A stretch of 53,313 bases of DNA from Octopus sinensis (taxonomy: Eukaryota): the NCBI RefSeq assembly GCF_006345805.1, contig NW_021833896.1:1-53313 (forward strand). The letters are read 5' to 3'. Both the position numbers and the translations under genes were made by a program. Below are positions 1 through 13,904 of the stretch, piece after piece. The notes under the pieces are model-generated. The model worked only from the letters and a program-made list of their open reading frames with translations, made no database searches and was not told where the DNA came from. How positions within the stretch are numbered: position 1 is the stretch's first letter; each line of letters starts with the position of its first letter.

Positions 1-155
1 CGATATAATTGACTTACCCCCTGTTTCGAACTTGTTGGCTTTCTGCTACTTAGTTAAGTTAAGTTAATTTTTTGGCTCAAAAAGCAAAAAGCAAGGCCAT
101 GTAGGGCGACATGGAGTTATGTACAGGGGTGTTCATGCTAAAATTTGAAATCAAT
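1..155 (+). mobile_element. 3' half of SINE family A, interrupted by an 87-bp retroelement tail
   Basis: Removing 49-140 rejoins ...TTGGCTTTC-TGCTA-AAATTTGAAATC, matching the intact copy tail at 4139-4197 (CTGGCCTTG-TGTCA-AAATTTGAATC). Confidence 0.75.
49..135 (-). mobile_element. 5'-truncated non-LTR retrotransposon 3' tail with (TAACT)n end
   Basis: Flanked by direct repeat TGCTA (44-48, 136-140). Minus strand ends GAGCCAAAAAATTAACTTAACTTAACTAAG. A CR1-type origin is recalled from memory only. Confidence 0.6.
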
Positions 156-387
156 ACTACCAGCAAAAGCAGCCGCTATAGCATAGCGAGAACAGCAACT
201 GCATCAGCCGTAGTATAACAGTAGTAGTTTTCCGTTTTTAAGGGTTGACCACTGTAGGGGAACAGCCAGCAATATGTTCTATATTGAATAATGCATTTGA
301 GTGGTTGGGGGAAATTGATGGTTGTGGAGGGCCTATAGATGGCGCTGTGTTGGAAAATAACGCAGATGACTGCAATTGTTTCACATA

Positions 388-777
388 GGCGCAGGAGCGG
401 CTGTATGGTAAGTAGCTTGCTTACCAACCACATGGTTCCGGGTTCAGTCTCACTGCATGGCACTTTGGGCAAGTGTCTTCTACTATACATCGGGCCGACC
501 AAAGCCTTGTGAGTGGATTTGGTAGATGGAAACTGTAAGAAGCCTGTCGTATATTTGTATATTTGTGTGTGTGTTTGTGTCTGTGTTTGTCCCCACAACA
601 TCGCTTGACAACCGATGCTGGTGTGTTTACGTCCCCGTAACTTAGCAGTTCGGCAAAAGAGACCGATAGAATAAGTACTAGGCTTGCAAAGAATAAGTCC
701 TGGGGTCGATTTGCTCGACTAAAAGGCAGTGCTCCAGCATGGCCGCAGTCAAATGAGTGAAACAAAAAGTAAAAGAG
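388..777 (+). mobile_element. tRNA-derived SINE family B, near full length
   Basis: tRNA-like head (GGCGCAGGAGCGGCTGTATGGTAAG...GGTTCAGTC), internal TA/TG microsatellite, tail CCAGCATGGCCGCAGTCAAATGAGTGAAAC. Many related copies in the window. Confidence 0.85.
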
Positions 778-1804
778 TATAGGTGGGTAATAAGATTGTT
801 GTTGTTCAGCTTTATTTCATTCCAAATCTAGATGCCTCGATTAAAGACCTTCCAGTAATGATCTTACCATTTTTACTTATTTTGTCTTGCATAAATAGTT
901 CATCTAGGACCGACTTATTCAATGTTATGTCCTAATAATTATAGCAGTAGATTCTAATTTGATGGAAATTTTGTTATTCGATGTTGTAGGTCAGGCGATC
1001 GCATGTTTCTCTGTGGACTTGTGATTTCACATGAAAAGGTGGATGTTATAAATTTGTCTCAAGTACTGAGGATGTGTAAATATTTGTATTTAATCAGCAG
1101 TCTAAATATTATAGTCCTCCTGATGAACTTCTAGTTGTGTTTTTGTGCAGCTTCGAAGACCGGTACACGATTAGTCTTAAATTCGACCTGTATACTTGTA
1201 GATCTTTTTAACAAGGAACATTCAGATACTTGTGTATATGAATTGCGGATCGAAGCTGGAGATATGCGAAGAGTGTTGCAGAGCTGCTCATATAATTGGT
1301 ATTATGTACGTTCAACCATCGGCCCTGCTCTAATATCGTTGGCGAAGACAAATAGCTTTCAAATGGCACAATCCACCGACCTATAAATAATTACCGCGGA
1401 TAGTTTACAGCTAACTGATATAAGCAGTAGGAGCGTCCATATAATTTATGAATGTTTGCTTAATTTTAAGTGCTGACTTTGCTTAAATACACTATTTTTA
1501 GATGTTAAAAGCAGTGTGAAAGCAGACACATTATACACAAAGGACAGACTACAAACAAAAGCAGCCTTGTTAAATCTATGGGGAAACACACGGGAAATCG
1601 AGCCAACTAGGGAGCTTCTACGCAAACGTTCAACTAACTATATGGCGCAGTCCAAGAAGGAAGGACAATTTCCATGACCTGATTTCCAAAACTTGTAGCG
1701 AGGAAAAGGAAAATGCGATAATTAAACTTTACTAAAGTTCATATTGTGGGATGGATTAAAGCTATCACCCTTTAACAGTATAGACAGAAGGTGCTTACGC
1801 ACAA

Positions 1805-1931
1805 TTTCATTCACAAGACTTTGTCGACCCGAGGCTATGATGGAATACATTTACCCACGGTACCGCACAGTAGGAACGGGCTGAGTACCACATGATAGCA
1901 AAGCAAAATTTTAGCCATGAGATCACACCTT
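1805..1931 (-). mobile_element. SINE B 5' part, degenerate
   Basis: Reverse complement aligns by eye to 388-520. Confidence 0.65.
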
Positions 1932-2302
1932 CACCCACGTTTTAAACATAAGGGTTAAATTATAAACAACAAATATATAATATAATGATACTCGACCTCT
2001 CGTCGAGGTAAATAATCTTGTCACAAGATGGTTGTGAGCCTATAGCCTATTTTCACTCTATTGCAGCCCTGGTTCCAAGGTTAGGCTGGTTTTATAGCAA
2101 AACAACAAATAAAACAAATTTTATGATGACAGCTTAAACTCTGTGACAACTCAGACTCGGTGGCAACAAATGCTAAATGGCATCACCATCTCCATGGTAA
2201 CATAGACACAGTGACAAGACTTATCTTAGCCCTCACCTTGCACTTAGTCATCTCATTCCATCCACCCACACACTGACATAGAAACATATTCACAGATTTT
2301 TT

Positions 2303-3290
<988 letters not shown>

Positions 3291-4001
3291 GAGAAAGAAA
3301 GAAGGGGGGAAAGGGAGTGTGGGGGAGAGATTAAATTAGAAAGAGAGAGGAGTAAGGAGAAGGGGAGGAGAGACAAAGATATGAAAGCAAAATATTTTAA
3401 GTACGAAGCATAATTTCTTTAGCATAAGCTTATTTCTCTTTGAATGTTTCAAGTGTCACGTGAGTAACGTATGTCAACATTGGGAGACACATGTTAGTGA
3501 GGTGGCTCTAGTTACCCTTTCTCCCCTCCTCCTCTTCCTCCTCACTTTTTTCTCCAACATACACACAAGAATTATTAAATGTTATTGTTTGGTAGAAGTT
3601 TAATATTTGTTAAAATTAAATAATTTAGTTCTAGCTGTGGAATTTTAAATGAACACACTACAACTCTTTTGTATACAAACGCTTTTGTATACAAACACAA
3701 ACAGACGCGGGTGCGCGCTTATACAGTCCCCATCCCAAATACTGACACACATAGACACACACACACACACACACACATATCGGTCCGCTTTCAATCCCGT
3801 TTCGTGACTTCTTGGGGGTAAATGCCGATATCTATAGCCTCATGCAGACTCACCTTGTGAGTGAAATTGGGTAAACGGAAACTGTACAGAAGCCCGTTGG
3901 GTGATTATTCTTGTAATTACAAAAAAATAGAAAAAAGGGAAGAAAAATAGAAAATGTACAGCGTTGACATAACATGTGTCACACTAATATTTCTAGCAAC
4001 C

Positions 4002-4197
4002 AAGGTAGCAAGCTGGCGGAGTTGTTAACATGGCGTAGCGGTATTTCGTCCATTTTTACGCTCTGAGTTTAAATTCCGCCGACTTTGCCTTTGATCCTTT
4101 CGGAGTCGATAAAATAAGTAGCAGTTGAGCACTGGAGTCGATGTAATCGATTACCCCTCTCCCGAAATTGCTGGCCTTGTGTCAAAATTTGAATCGG
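4002..4197 (+). mobile_element. SINE family A
   Basis: Head GGTAGCAAGCTGGCGGA, core CTTTGCCTTTGATCCTTTCGGAGTCGATAAAATAAGTAGCAGT, tail GGCCTTGTGTCAAAATTTGAA; more than 15 related copies in the window. Confidence 0.85.
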
Positions 4198-4231
4198 TAT
4201 GCATATATACATGAGTGTGTAAATATATATA

Positions 4232-5481
4232 TATGGTCATCCCATAAATAATGAGGGTTTTTTCAATTGCATGAACTAAAAGTCAGAAGGGGACGGGATA
4301 AACTACCTGCATCAACTTATTCTTAGTGCAGGTTTTGAAGAATAGTTCGATTTTAACAGTTATTCTTTCAAAGTTATAATGGAAGTAACAAAGGAGCATA
4401 TTCGGCAGATTTTGCATTATTAGTTCAATAAAGGCAACAACGCAACGGAAAGTGCGAAGAATATTAATGCAGTATATGGGGATTGGACAATAAGTATAAG
4501 CCAGTGTCAACGGTGGTTCAGAAATTCCGAGCCAGAAACTACAGTCTAGAAGAAAAGCCTCGTTCTGGAAGATCTGTAGATTTCGACGAGGACTTCCTGC
4601 AAACCCTGGTGGAACAAAATCCCATCGTAACTATTGAGGAACAAGCAGAGAAGCTTGGATTTGGTCATTCAACCATTCATCGACACCTGCGTGCCATTGG
4701 AAAAGTCAGCAAAATGGGTCAATGGCTTCTTCACAAACTTTCCGAGTCTGATCGCGCGCAGAGATTGAATGTGTGCTCTTCTTTGCTGTCACGTGCTCAC
4801 GAATGAATATTTTTTGGACCAAATAGTGACTGGTGACGAGTAATGGGTTCTCTAAAAAAAATGTCACGCGCCGAAGACAGTGGGTAGAGAAAGGAGAAAC
4901 ACCAGCATCTCACGCTAAAGAAGGTCATCACCCACGTAAGGTGTTGTTATCTGTTTGGTGGGATATGAAAGGTTTAGTCCACTTTGAACTTTTAAACCCA
5001 AACCAAATGATAACAAAGGAGATCTACTGCGATAGCTTGGGCGGCTTAAGTGAGCGCGAGAAGAAAAACGACCATCTTTAGTTTCAAGACGAAAGGTGTT
5101 CTTCCATCAGGATATTGCCCGGTCACATACAGCGAGGATGACATTCCAAAGGCTGGAGAAGTTTGAATGGGAAACGATGCCTCACCCACCATATTCGCCG
5201 GACATTACTCCATCTGATTATCATTTATTCCGTAGTCTTCAAAATCATTTGGACGGAAAAAATATAAATTCTGTAGACGAGGTCAGAACAGTACTGTACA
5301 GGAGTATTTTTCATCACGGATAAGTGAATTTTGGAAGAGGGGCTTTGCAAGTCTGCCAGAAAGCTGGAAGAGCATTGTAGAAAATGAAGAAGAGTATATT
5401 TTAGATTTAAAAAGAAATTTTATCTTAATTTTGAAAAGTAAAAGAAGTATAAAAACCCGCATTATTTATGGGATGACCCAA
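4232..5481 (+). mobile_element. Full-length mariner DNA transposon, inactive
   Basis: 31-bp TIRs: 4232-4262 TATGGTCATCCCATAAATAATGAGGGTTTTT and 5451-5481 (rc TTGGGTCATCCCATAAATAATGCGGGTTTTT). TA at 4230-4231 and 5482-5483; 1250 bp long. Confidence 0.95.
4379..5410 (+). pseudogene. Mariner transposase pseudogene (D,D34D; Mos1/Hsmar1-like)
   Basis: ATG 4379 MEVTKEHIRQILHY*; PRSGR; GKVSKMGQWLLHKL (W(V)PH(E)L motif); VTGDE; VWWD; HQDIA-34 aa-YSPDITPSDYHLF. TAG at 4421 plus several further stops and frameshifts. Confidence 0.95.
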
Positions 5482-5512
5482 TATATATATACACACACAT
5501 ACATATATTTTT

Positions 5513-5680
5513 TATTTGTTTCAGTTATTATACCACGGACGTGCTGGGGCACCACCTTGAAGGGGTTAGTCGAGCAAATCGACCCTAATACTTATTTACT
5601 AGCAGTTTATTTCAATACGCCAGGAAGGATGAAAGTAAAAACCTGACCGTGGAAATAGTTGACCTAATAACGTACATAAC
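5513..5680 (-). mobile_element. Chimeric SINE: family A head/core with family B tail
   Basis: Minus strand reads A-type CTTTCATCCTTCC, then GGGTCGATTTGCTCGACT...GTGCCCCAGCAC...ACTGAAACAAATAA (B tail). Confidence 0.55.
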
Positions 5681-5954
5681 TGTAACTAAATATTGGCAAG
5701 ACAGCAAGTAATTTGTCTGATACTCTAACGACTCTGCCAATTTACCGTCAGTAAATTGTTAGGTGATTCGTAGACTTAAATAGGTGCATCGTAATATATA
5801 CCATAAATAATTAAATAAATGTTATGCGACTTACTATGCTGTTTACTGTTTTGAAGTGTCAAGAATCGCCAGATCTCAATTCGGAATATTCAAATGCCAT
5901 CTTTCTGAAATAAATAAATAGATAAGTAAACAAACTGATGTTTGTGCATGCATG

Positions 5955-5976
5955 TGTGTGTTTGTTGTGTATCTAC

Positions 5977-6022
<46 letters not shown>

Positions 6023-6216
6023 GTGTGTGTGTGTGTGTGTATGTGTGTGTGTATGTATGTGCATGTGTGTATGTATATATATGTATATATATGTATATAT
6101 ATATATATATATATAAACAAAGAAGAACAAACATGAAAAAACAACAACGCGAGGACGTGGTACAAGTAAAGTATTATCAGACGCCCAGGAAAGGAAAGAG
6201 GATATATATATATGTT

Positions 6217-6272
<56 letters not shown>

Positions 6273-6300
6273 TTTGTGTGTGTGTGTGTGTGTGTGTATG
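5955..6300. repeat. (CA)n/(TG)n/(TA)n microsatellites
   Basis: Directly visible. Confidence 0.95.
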
Positions 6301-6671
6301 TTACGTTTATCAATGTAGTAAGTGGCGCAAGAACACACACGGAAATGAAAAGTGTCGCTGAAGAGGTCACAGATGTGTGACGAAAGATTTCCGGACAATA
6401 GACATACAATAAATAAATAAAATGACCATCCCGAAATACAACAATATATGTGTGCGTGTGTCTCTCTGTGTACATTATGTACATACATGTACGCATACGT
6501 ACAAAAATTGCGTGCACATACATACGAGCGTGTGCAAATAGAATTACACATCATTCTACTTCGCTGTATCAACTACAGTTGAGCCAAAGTGGAGTGGGTA
6601 GCCAATTCTCTCAAATTATGAAATTTCTTCTTAAAAAAAAGAAGAAACAATTTGGGTAAAAATAAACTCTT

Positions 6672-7032
6672 TTGGTTTGAGGACGCTTCGGTTAACATTG
6701 GTCGGATTTCATATCCAACCAGAAACTGGGATGTGTCTTGTCACTTGTATGACTCGAGAGCGCCTATTCAGGCTGCCTGGCCATTTTGCTCGACTTTCCG
6801 AATTAGACCCTGCTTACCGTCTTCTCTTCCTTCATGATCCGGCTGGGTTGACGGCCCGTGTTGGTCGACCACATGCCACATGATCACGGCTGATGAGGAG
6901 ATATCTCGGGGACATTGGAACTAACTGAGACTATCCTCGACTGGTCAGCCAGGAGAACTTGAGAATATACCAACAAATGATGAATACAGCAACATGCTGC
7001 AACGGCGCATGCCCCTACACTTGGCCTGACCT
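6672..7032 (+). mobile_element. RTE-clade LINE, ORF2 C-terminal fragment and 3' end
   Basis: Frameshifted translation G*HWSDFISNQKL, TGMCLVTCMTRERLFRLPGHFARLSELDPAYRLL, GRPHAT, NTATCCNGACP; ends CCTGACCT. Matches the RTE pattern GYxWxDFVSN / LRLxGHxAR / DPA / GRP. Confidence 0.8.
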
Positions 7033-7534
7033 CAGTTTGGATAGTCTTAGATATTCAATGTATGAATGAATAAATAAATAGATAAATAAATAAAAAGATG
7101 TATGTCTGGTACATCCTTATTCAAGAGGATGTTCATCTGCTACTGAACTATGGTTAAACAACAACTATTTTTTAATGAAATATTTTTGAAATTATTATTG
7201 GTAAATCAACCACCACTCGTCTTCTTGAATTTTTTAAAAATAGAACTTTCTAAAAGTTCTAAAGTTCTCTCAAGTTCAGCAGCTCAATAGCAGGAGAGAT
7301 GAGCAGAACCAGTAATGGAGTAACAAACGAGATAGACAGTCAGTCGAGCAGACAGTGCAATATAGAGAAGGATGAAAGAAAGAAAAAAGAGATAGCGCTA
7401 CAAAAAGAGAATGATAGAGCAGTACTAAAGAGAGGAGTTATGAGAAACATAATATGCTAAAATAACATAAGTGTAGAAAGCCAGTGAGTCATAGATGGAA
7501 TGATAGAGATATAAAGAAAGTGTGTGTATGTGGT

Positions 7535-7602
<68 letters not shown>

Positions 7603-8351
7603 GCTTGCTAATAAAAGCAAAGTTCTTAGGGCACACGTTAGGACAGGCGACAAGAAAATATAGCAAGGTTTGAACCAGCATTGGAGAGTAATATAAACAT
7701 CGCGTCACTTTTGATGGGAACAATATCTCCCAGAAGCTCAGCTAACATCTTATAAACATGCAATCAGGTTTTCGGTTTCCTGGCAAGTGATGGTTTATGA
7801 GCTGCCGTACCTCTTAAAATGAACTGGAAATATCTCAGAAATATCTCACGAAACTACTTCCGAGAGGTATTAGTGTTTTCTTGCATATGTTAACTATGTA
7901 TATTGATATATATACTTCATATATAATAACACTTTGAGCAATAGTGATCGGGTACAGAAACAAACTAGCGGTCGTTTGGATACTAAACTTTACATCCTGT
8001 GCTTGGTCCAGTGATCATCAACGCAAGATATCGACATAAAATTGTAACTTATGCCTGATGAACCACGGTAAGACAGACATTCTTCATAAAACAGAGTTTC
8101 TACTAGAAATATATTTAAGTGATAGACACTGACTTCATAGTTGAGTGAATAGGAATTCAAATCTAAAAATTTTCAGATTACTTTTACTGCAAAATAATGG
8201 AGTTGCAGAGAAGTGATGCCTATAAAGCTGCTTACAAGTTAGTATTACTTCTGACGGTTTTTCGGCTAGATGTTTCAATTACCGAGTGTGCATACAATGT
8301 TGGACAGTGGTACTGGAAGCGATGAATTTCAGAAGGAAAAATGCGTGAAAA

Positions 8352-8417
<66 letters not shown>

Positions 8418-8696
8418 GTCTGTCTGTCTGTCTGTCTGTCTGCCTACCTGTCTGTCTGTCTGTCTGTCCACACACATATATGCCTCCACACTCGTTGATA
8501 CATTAAGCCACCTTAGAACAAGTCTATTCATGGAAACGTTCTCTGTTTAGTGCCTCTAAAGATACACACACACACACACACACACACACAACACACACAT
8601 ATATATGTATATATATGTATGTATGTATAATATACATACATATACATATATATACATACATATATATATACACACATATATATAGATATATACACA

Positions 8697-8732
<36 letters not shown>

Positions 8733-8764
8733 TATAATTGTTATGTATATATAATGTATATATA

Positions 8765-8800
<36 letters not shown>
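8352..8800. repeat. (TATC)n-(TGTC)n, (CA)n, (TA)n microsatellites
   Basis: Directly visible. Confidence 0.95.
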
Positions 8801-8949
8801 AATCTTTTTTTTCCATTTTTTAACAGTTTGCTAATTAGCTAATCAAAAACACATTCATTTATGAACTTAGTCGAAATTCCGCTAGACTCATTGTCCATAA
8901 TTTCACCTTCAATCCTTATCAAATGTATTTTCATCTATTGTTTCATCTT

Positions 8950-9110
8950 CTATCTGTCATCATATTCCTCTTTAAAGTAGTTTACTCTTGTGGCATTTAC
9001 TACATGACCTGGGAAAGTGTTCCACTCATTAAGGATAAAAAAGCGACCAAACAAATAACTGATGTCTTTATAGCACTGTTTCTTATAAAATACATAATTG
9101 TGACCTTTAC
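8950..9110 (-). mobile_element. CR1-group LINE ORF2 C-terminal fragment
   Basis: KGHNYVFYKKQCYKDISYLFGRFFILNEWNTFPGHVVNATRVNYFKEEYD fits the CR1 C-terminal pattern RGH...F...V..WN.LP..VV.A..VN.FK..D. Confidence 0.8.
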
Positions 9111-9559
9111 ATTTAAAAAAAAATTCATATTGAAAATCGGCAATCGATTTAGAGAATTGTAGTAGAGATGAAAGTATGGAGGTGAAATGCACATGACATT
9201 CCATCCAGAATTAAATCTAAGAGTTTCTTGGCAGGTCACTCAATAAGTTATTGGTAATGAAGTGTGTTTTGTATGCGTTTGTTCTATGTTTCGGCTTGCC
9301 CTGCTTATGACCTTAAATATATATATCAAAGCATCACTTGAAAAAGACGTTTAATTTAGATTGAGAATACAAACATTTATTGCCTCTTACAGCTGTTTCT
9401 AGAATAGCCAAGCATGTGGATCCTCATATTGAATAAGGATTCCACAAGCTGAGAATTCCATCATGAGAGAGGGAGAGGTCACTGCCCACTTTCTCTGTTG
9501 ATCTCGCTCTGTTCTTAGATGTCTCCACTCGGTCTCTTTCTATTCTACCATTCCTTAGA

Positions 9560-9636
9560 GATAGAAAGATAGATAGACAGATTGATAGATAGCTAAATAG
9601 ACAGACATAGAGATAGGCAGATAGATAAATAGAAAT

Positions 9637-9691
<55 letters not shown>

Positions 9692-9818
9692 GGATAGATA
9701 GATAGACTGACCGATAGACGGATAGATAGATAGATAGATAGACAGACAGATAAATGCATAGATAAATAGGTAGGTAGACAGATAGATAGATAAATAAACA
9801 GACAGATAGACAGATAGG

Positions 9819-9866
<48 letters not shown>

Positions 9867-9905
9867 TAGATGGATAGATAGATAGATAGATAGATAGATA
9901 GAAGG
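9560..9905. repeat. (GATA)n/(GACA)n tetranucleotide array
   Basis: Directly visible. Confidence 0.95.
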
Positions 9906-11126
9906 AGGGAGATGAGGAGAGAGAAAGAGAGAGTGAGAATGAAAAAAAAAGAAAGTCGAAACAACTACTCTCTTTCACCTTTCTGTCTTTCTACATCCAT
10001 TTTCCCTGACAAACAATAAAGTGTTATTTGAGGGAGTTTGGTTGTTCTTTCTGAATATAAATGACATACAGACTACCATGTGAGATGGCGCACAATTTCA
10101 TTTGGTGGGTAAGCGTTTTCTAGTTTCTGAATACAAGACAGTCATGCATACAGACAATTCACGCTCGCGCGCACAGATACGCGAGAACATTTGCATACAC
10201 AATAGAGAAATATGAGTGTATATTCATAACAAGAGAAGTGTGTACGTATATGCCAGAGTATGTGCTGTACGTTTTATCAAATGTATATGTACGAGAGAAA
10301 ACTAGTGCATTTGAAGTCAACATCATGCTTCAATGAATTTGTCCTCGCTTTCTTATTTTATATACTTTTCTTTCTTTGCATTCAACTTTCGTCTTTTATC
10401 TTAATCGTCTTCATTTTTTGACCTTTCATCCTTTCTTTCTTACATCCTTTCTTCTCTCAATGAATATGTGTGGTGTGTGTATGTATATAAACATGTGAGT
10501 GTGTGTATGCATGTATGTATGTATGTGCGTATGTATGCATTCATGCTTGTATGTACATATGTATCATCTTTTCAAAAATGTTCATCCATTCGCTGCTTTA
10601 GTTCCTTTCGCAAATTCTCCCAGGTTCACCTTTCGGCTACGCCATTCAATGTGATTTCTCCTATCTACCTTAACCTGTTTTACTAGCTGACTGCTGCTTG
10701 TCTATGTGGTATCGGGTTGTCTGTGAATGTGTATGCGTGTGTGTGTGTGTATACAAAAACCATCGGGTTGACCCTAGCCTTGAGAATGAAGTCTGGTAAA
10801 CGGAAATCGTAAGGAAGTCCGTCGGATGGACTATAGCTGTAAAATCAAAAGGCCAGACTTCTCATGTACTTTGACACGCCAGGTCTGATCGAGAATTACG
10901 TTTGTGACATTCTCAGCCATCTACTTTATATTTTAATGAGGTGTGAGTACAATGGGTCGAACAACTGGAGTACTCATCGTCAAAATCGACGGAAATCCAA
11001 TTTAGCTTTATATATTTACACACACACACGCGCGCTCACACACACACACGCGCGCTCACACACATACATACAAACACAAACTCGCGTGCGCACATACACA
11101 CATACATACATACATACATACATACA

Positions 11127-11162
<36 letters not shown>

Positions 11163-11589
11163 TATATAATATATATATATATATTAATATATATATTATA
11201 TATATACATACATACGCCACATAAATTCACATACAGACACATACATACACGTACATTTTAATGGTTTTGTTCTCTGGAAATATATGTGGAAATGTCAACG
11301 ATTCACTGACTATTTTGAAAGAATTCATACTTCTACACAATCCAAACATTCTCGCTCTTATACACATATATCACTCATTGTTTCTTTGTTTGCTAGCTTC
11401 TTTCCTTCTTTCTTCCTTCCTTCCTTCCTTTCTTTTTTTCTTTCTCTCTTTCTGTCTTTCTGTCTTTCTAGCTCTCCCCTTCTTACTTTCTCTCTTTTTC
11501 TCTCTATTCCCTCTGTTTCGAACACTTTCTCGTCTGTACCTGCTCAAGAACTTAATAATTTACTTAGTTCTCATATTTTGAAGGTGATG

Positions 11590-12305
11590 GTGTGAGTCAA
11601 TTTTATCAACTTCAGTACTCTCTTGTACTTTATTTTATCGATTCCTAGAACGATGACTGGCAAAGGGTACTTCGATGAGATTTGAACTCACAACATAAAA
11701 GAATGTAACTGAATGTTGCGAGTCATTTTGTCAGACCGTCTAATGATTGCAGCTGTCTGCCTCAATAATTATAATAATGGTTTGAAATTTTAGCACGAGG
11801 CTAGAAATTCTAAGTGGAGTGGTAAGTCGATTACATCAACTCCAGTATTCAACTGTTATTTATTTGATCAACAACGACAAAATGAAAGGCAAAATCAACC
11901 ACGGTGGAATTTGAACACAAAAACCTAAAGCCACGCTCAATGTTACAGAACAATTTGTCCTACTCGCAAAGATTCTGCCAGCTTGCCGCTTGGCACAATG
12001 TTAGTAAATTTAGCGGGAGGGTAGTAGTCGATTACATTCACTCCACAACTTTACTGGTGGCTTATTTTATCGATCCGGAAGGATGAGAGGCAAAGTTGAC
12101 CTCGGCTGGTTTCGAACTCAGCACATAAAAAGTTGGGACAGCTACCGTAAGATATCCGGCGACCTAACGATACTCCAATCCGCACAAGGCCTGGAATTTA
12201 GGGGAAGATAGTCAATAAAACTGAACCTTTACTTTACTGGCACTTCATTTTATCGATTTCAATGAAATTTGAACCCAGAATGTAAAGACAGGCGTAACTA
12301 GAGAT
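11590..12305 (-). mobile_element. Four head-to-tail SINE A copies
   Basis: The core ACTT(T)ATTTTATCGA...TTTGAAC.CA recurs at about 11625, 11860, 12060 and 12240 in the same orientation. Confidence 0.75.
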
Positions 12306-12396
12306 CTTGAGGCAGCTTCCATTCGATACGCAACCAATCCTTTCAACTATCGATGATTTTTATTGGAGGACACTTGCTAGCAAGGATTCTCTATAT

Positions 12397-12586
12397 GGTT
12401 GATTGACCTATTTGCAATAGCAGCTAACTTTCCCTCAAATCCATCTTGGAAAAAGACGTTGGATAATGTGGTTTTGGATTCCTAGTATATCGGAAGAAAA
12501 CGAGATTGATACGACTGAGATACCATTGGTTTAAGGTCTGCCTAGTTAGAGCAAACCTAGACCTAAAAACAACAACAACAACAACA
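12397..12586 (+). mobile_element. Repeat family C (GAAATAGCAGC...AAACAACAAC tail), probable SINE 3' module
   Basis: Related copies at about 17930-18045, 19151-19366, 21690-21800, 22280-22330(-), 23250-23320, 48980-49155(-) and 52446-52600. Confidence 0.7.
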
Positions 12587-12712
12587 AACCTCTTCCTAAA
12601 GATCTAACCTAGATACAGGACCACAAGGTTTAGAGGAGGTGTATAGTTATTTATAATATCTAGTATATGACTGAAAGTTAATTTAATGCCAATATCATTT
12701 CAAGTTGTGTGT

Positions 12713-12762
<50 letters not shown>

Positions 12763-13660
12763 TGTAGGTGCGGGAGTTTACTTTTGTTCCATTTTAACCC
12801 TAATACGTACAAGAGGTTTTCAGGTACGTGTCATACTCGAATTTATAGGGTTTACAGGTCTAAGATAACGGATTCATTCAGGTGTGTTTTGTTCAACCAT
12901 ACCAAGGATTGTTTCTTATACTGATAATATCTACTTTGTCTCTCTCTCTCTCTCTCTCTCTCTCTTGTCCCCTCCCTCTCTCCTGACTCCTTCCCTCTCC
13001 CTTATACCCCTCTCTCTCTGTATAGTTTTTATAGTTTTTAGTAATGTATTAATCTTTACATCTTTATATTCAGTATTAAGGTTTACAAATTTATATTTGT
13101 TTTGTCGTTATATTTTTATGTCTTTATAACTAATACCCATATAAACTCGAGCCTTCTCTCAATACAAACGCATGAACACACACACAGACATATAATATAT
13201 GTGTATGTGCGTGTTTATGTATGTATGTATGTAGATGAGGTGGGGATCAAAACTGAGAATAGAGACAAGTGCATTGTAGAATTCGAGTTGACTGGGACTT
13301 CAAATTTCATCAGACAGAGCACGTTTATTTCAGGTGTGCGTGTGTGTATCAGATGAACACACACGCACACACGCACACATGCACACACACACATACACGC
13401 ACTCAGACATACATCTCCGTTTCAAGCACGCAAGAACGCTTCATATTTTCACACGCAAATCCACCTGTTATATATTTCTTCTGTCATAAAGAAACATACC
13501 ATCTGATATGCACATATATAACAATGCCGTTTTTTTTGTTTAAATGACCAAATGACTTGATGAATAAATGCATCTTAAACGCACAAGCCTAATTCAATTA
13601 CTGACTTTCTTACATGAATAAGGTTTTCTTACATTATCACAATTTCAATCATTTTACTTT

Positions 13661-13896
13661 ATCTATTTCTTTACTACCCACAAGGGGCTAAACACAGAGA
13701 GGACAAACAAGGACAGACAAACGGATTAAGTCGATTATTATGGACCCCAGTGCGTAACTGGTACTTATGTAATCGATCCCGAAAGGATGAAAGGCAAAGT
13801 CGACCTCGGCGGAATTTGAACTCAGAACGTAGCGGCAGACGATATACCGCAAAGCATTTCGCCCGGCGTGCTAACGTTTCTGCCAGCTCACCGCCT
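13661..13896 (-). mobile_element. Well-preserved SINE A copy with alternative tail
   Basis: Clean head/core; tail AATCCGTTTGTCTGTCCTTGTTTGTCCTCTCTGTGTTTAGCCCCTTGTGGGTAGTAAAGAAATAG differs from the 4139-4197 tail. Confidence 0.85.
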
Positions 13897-13904
13897 TTAT
13901 CGTG

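Noticed and set aside
1135-1392. Open frames on both strands after plausible acceptors
   Set aside because: No recognisable family and no convincing donor.
2016-2219. 9-bp inverted repeat TCTTGTCAC/GTGACAAGA as a MITE
   Set aside because: Too short, with no TSD or second copy.
11590-12305. CRISPR-like repeat-spacer array
   Set aside because: Units are about 200-bp diverged SINE copies in eukaryotic DNA; no cas genes.
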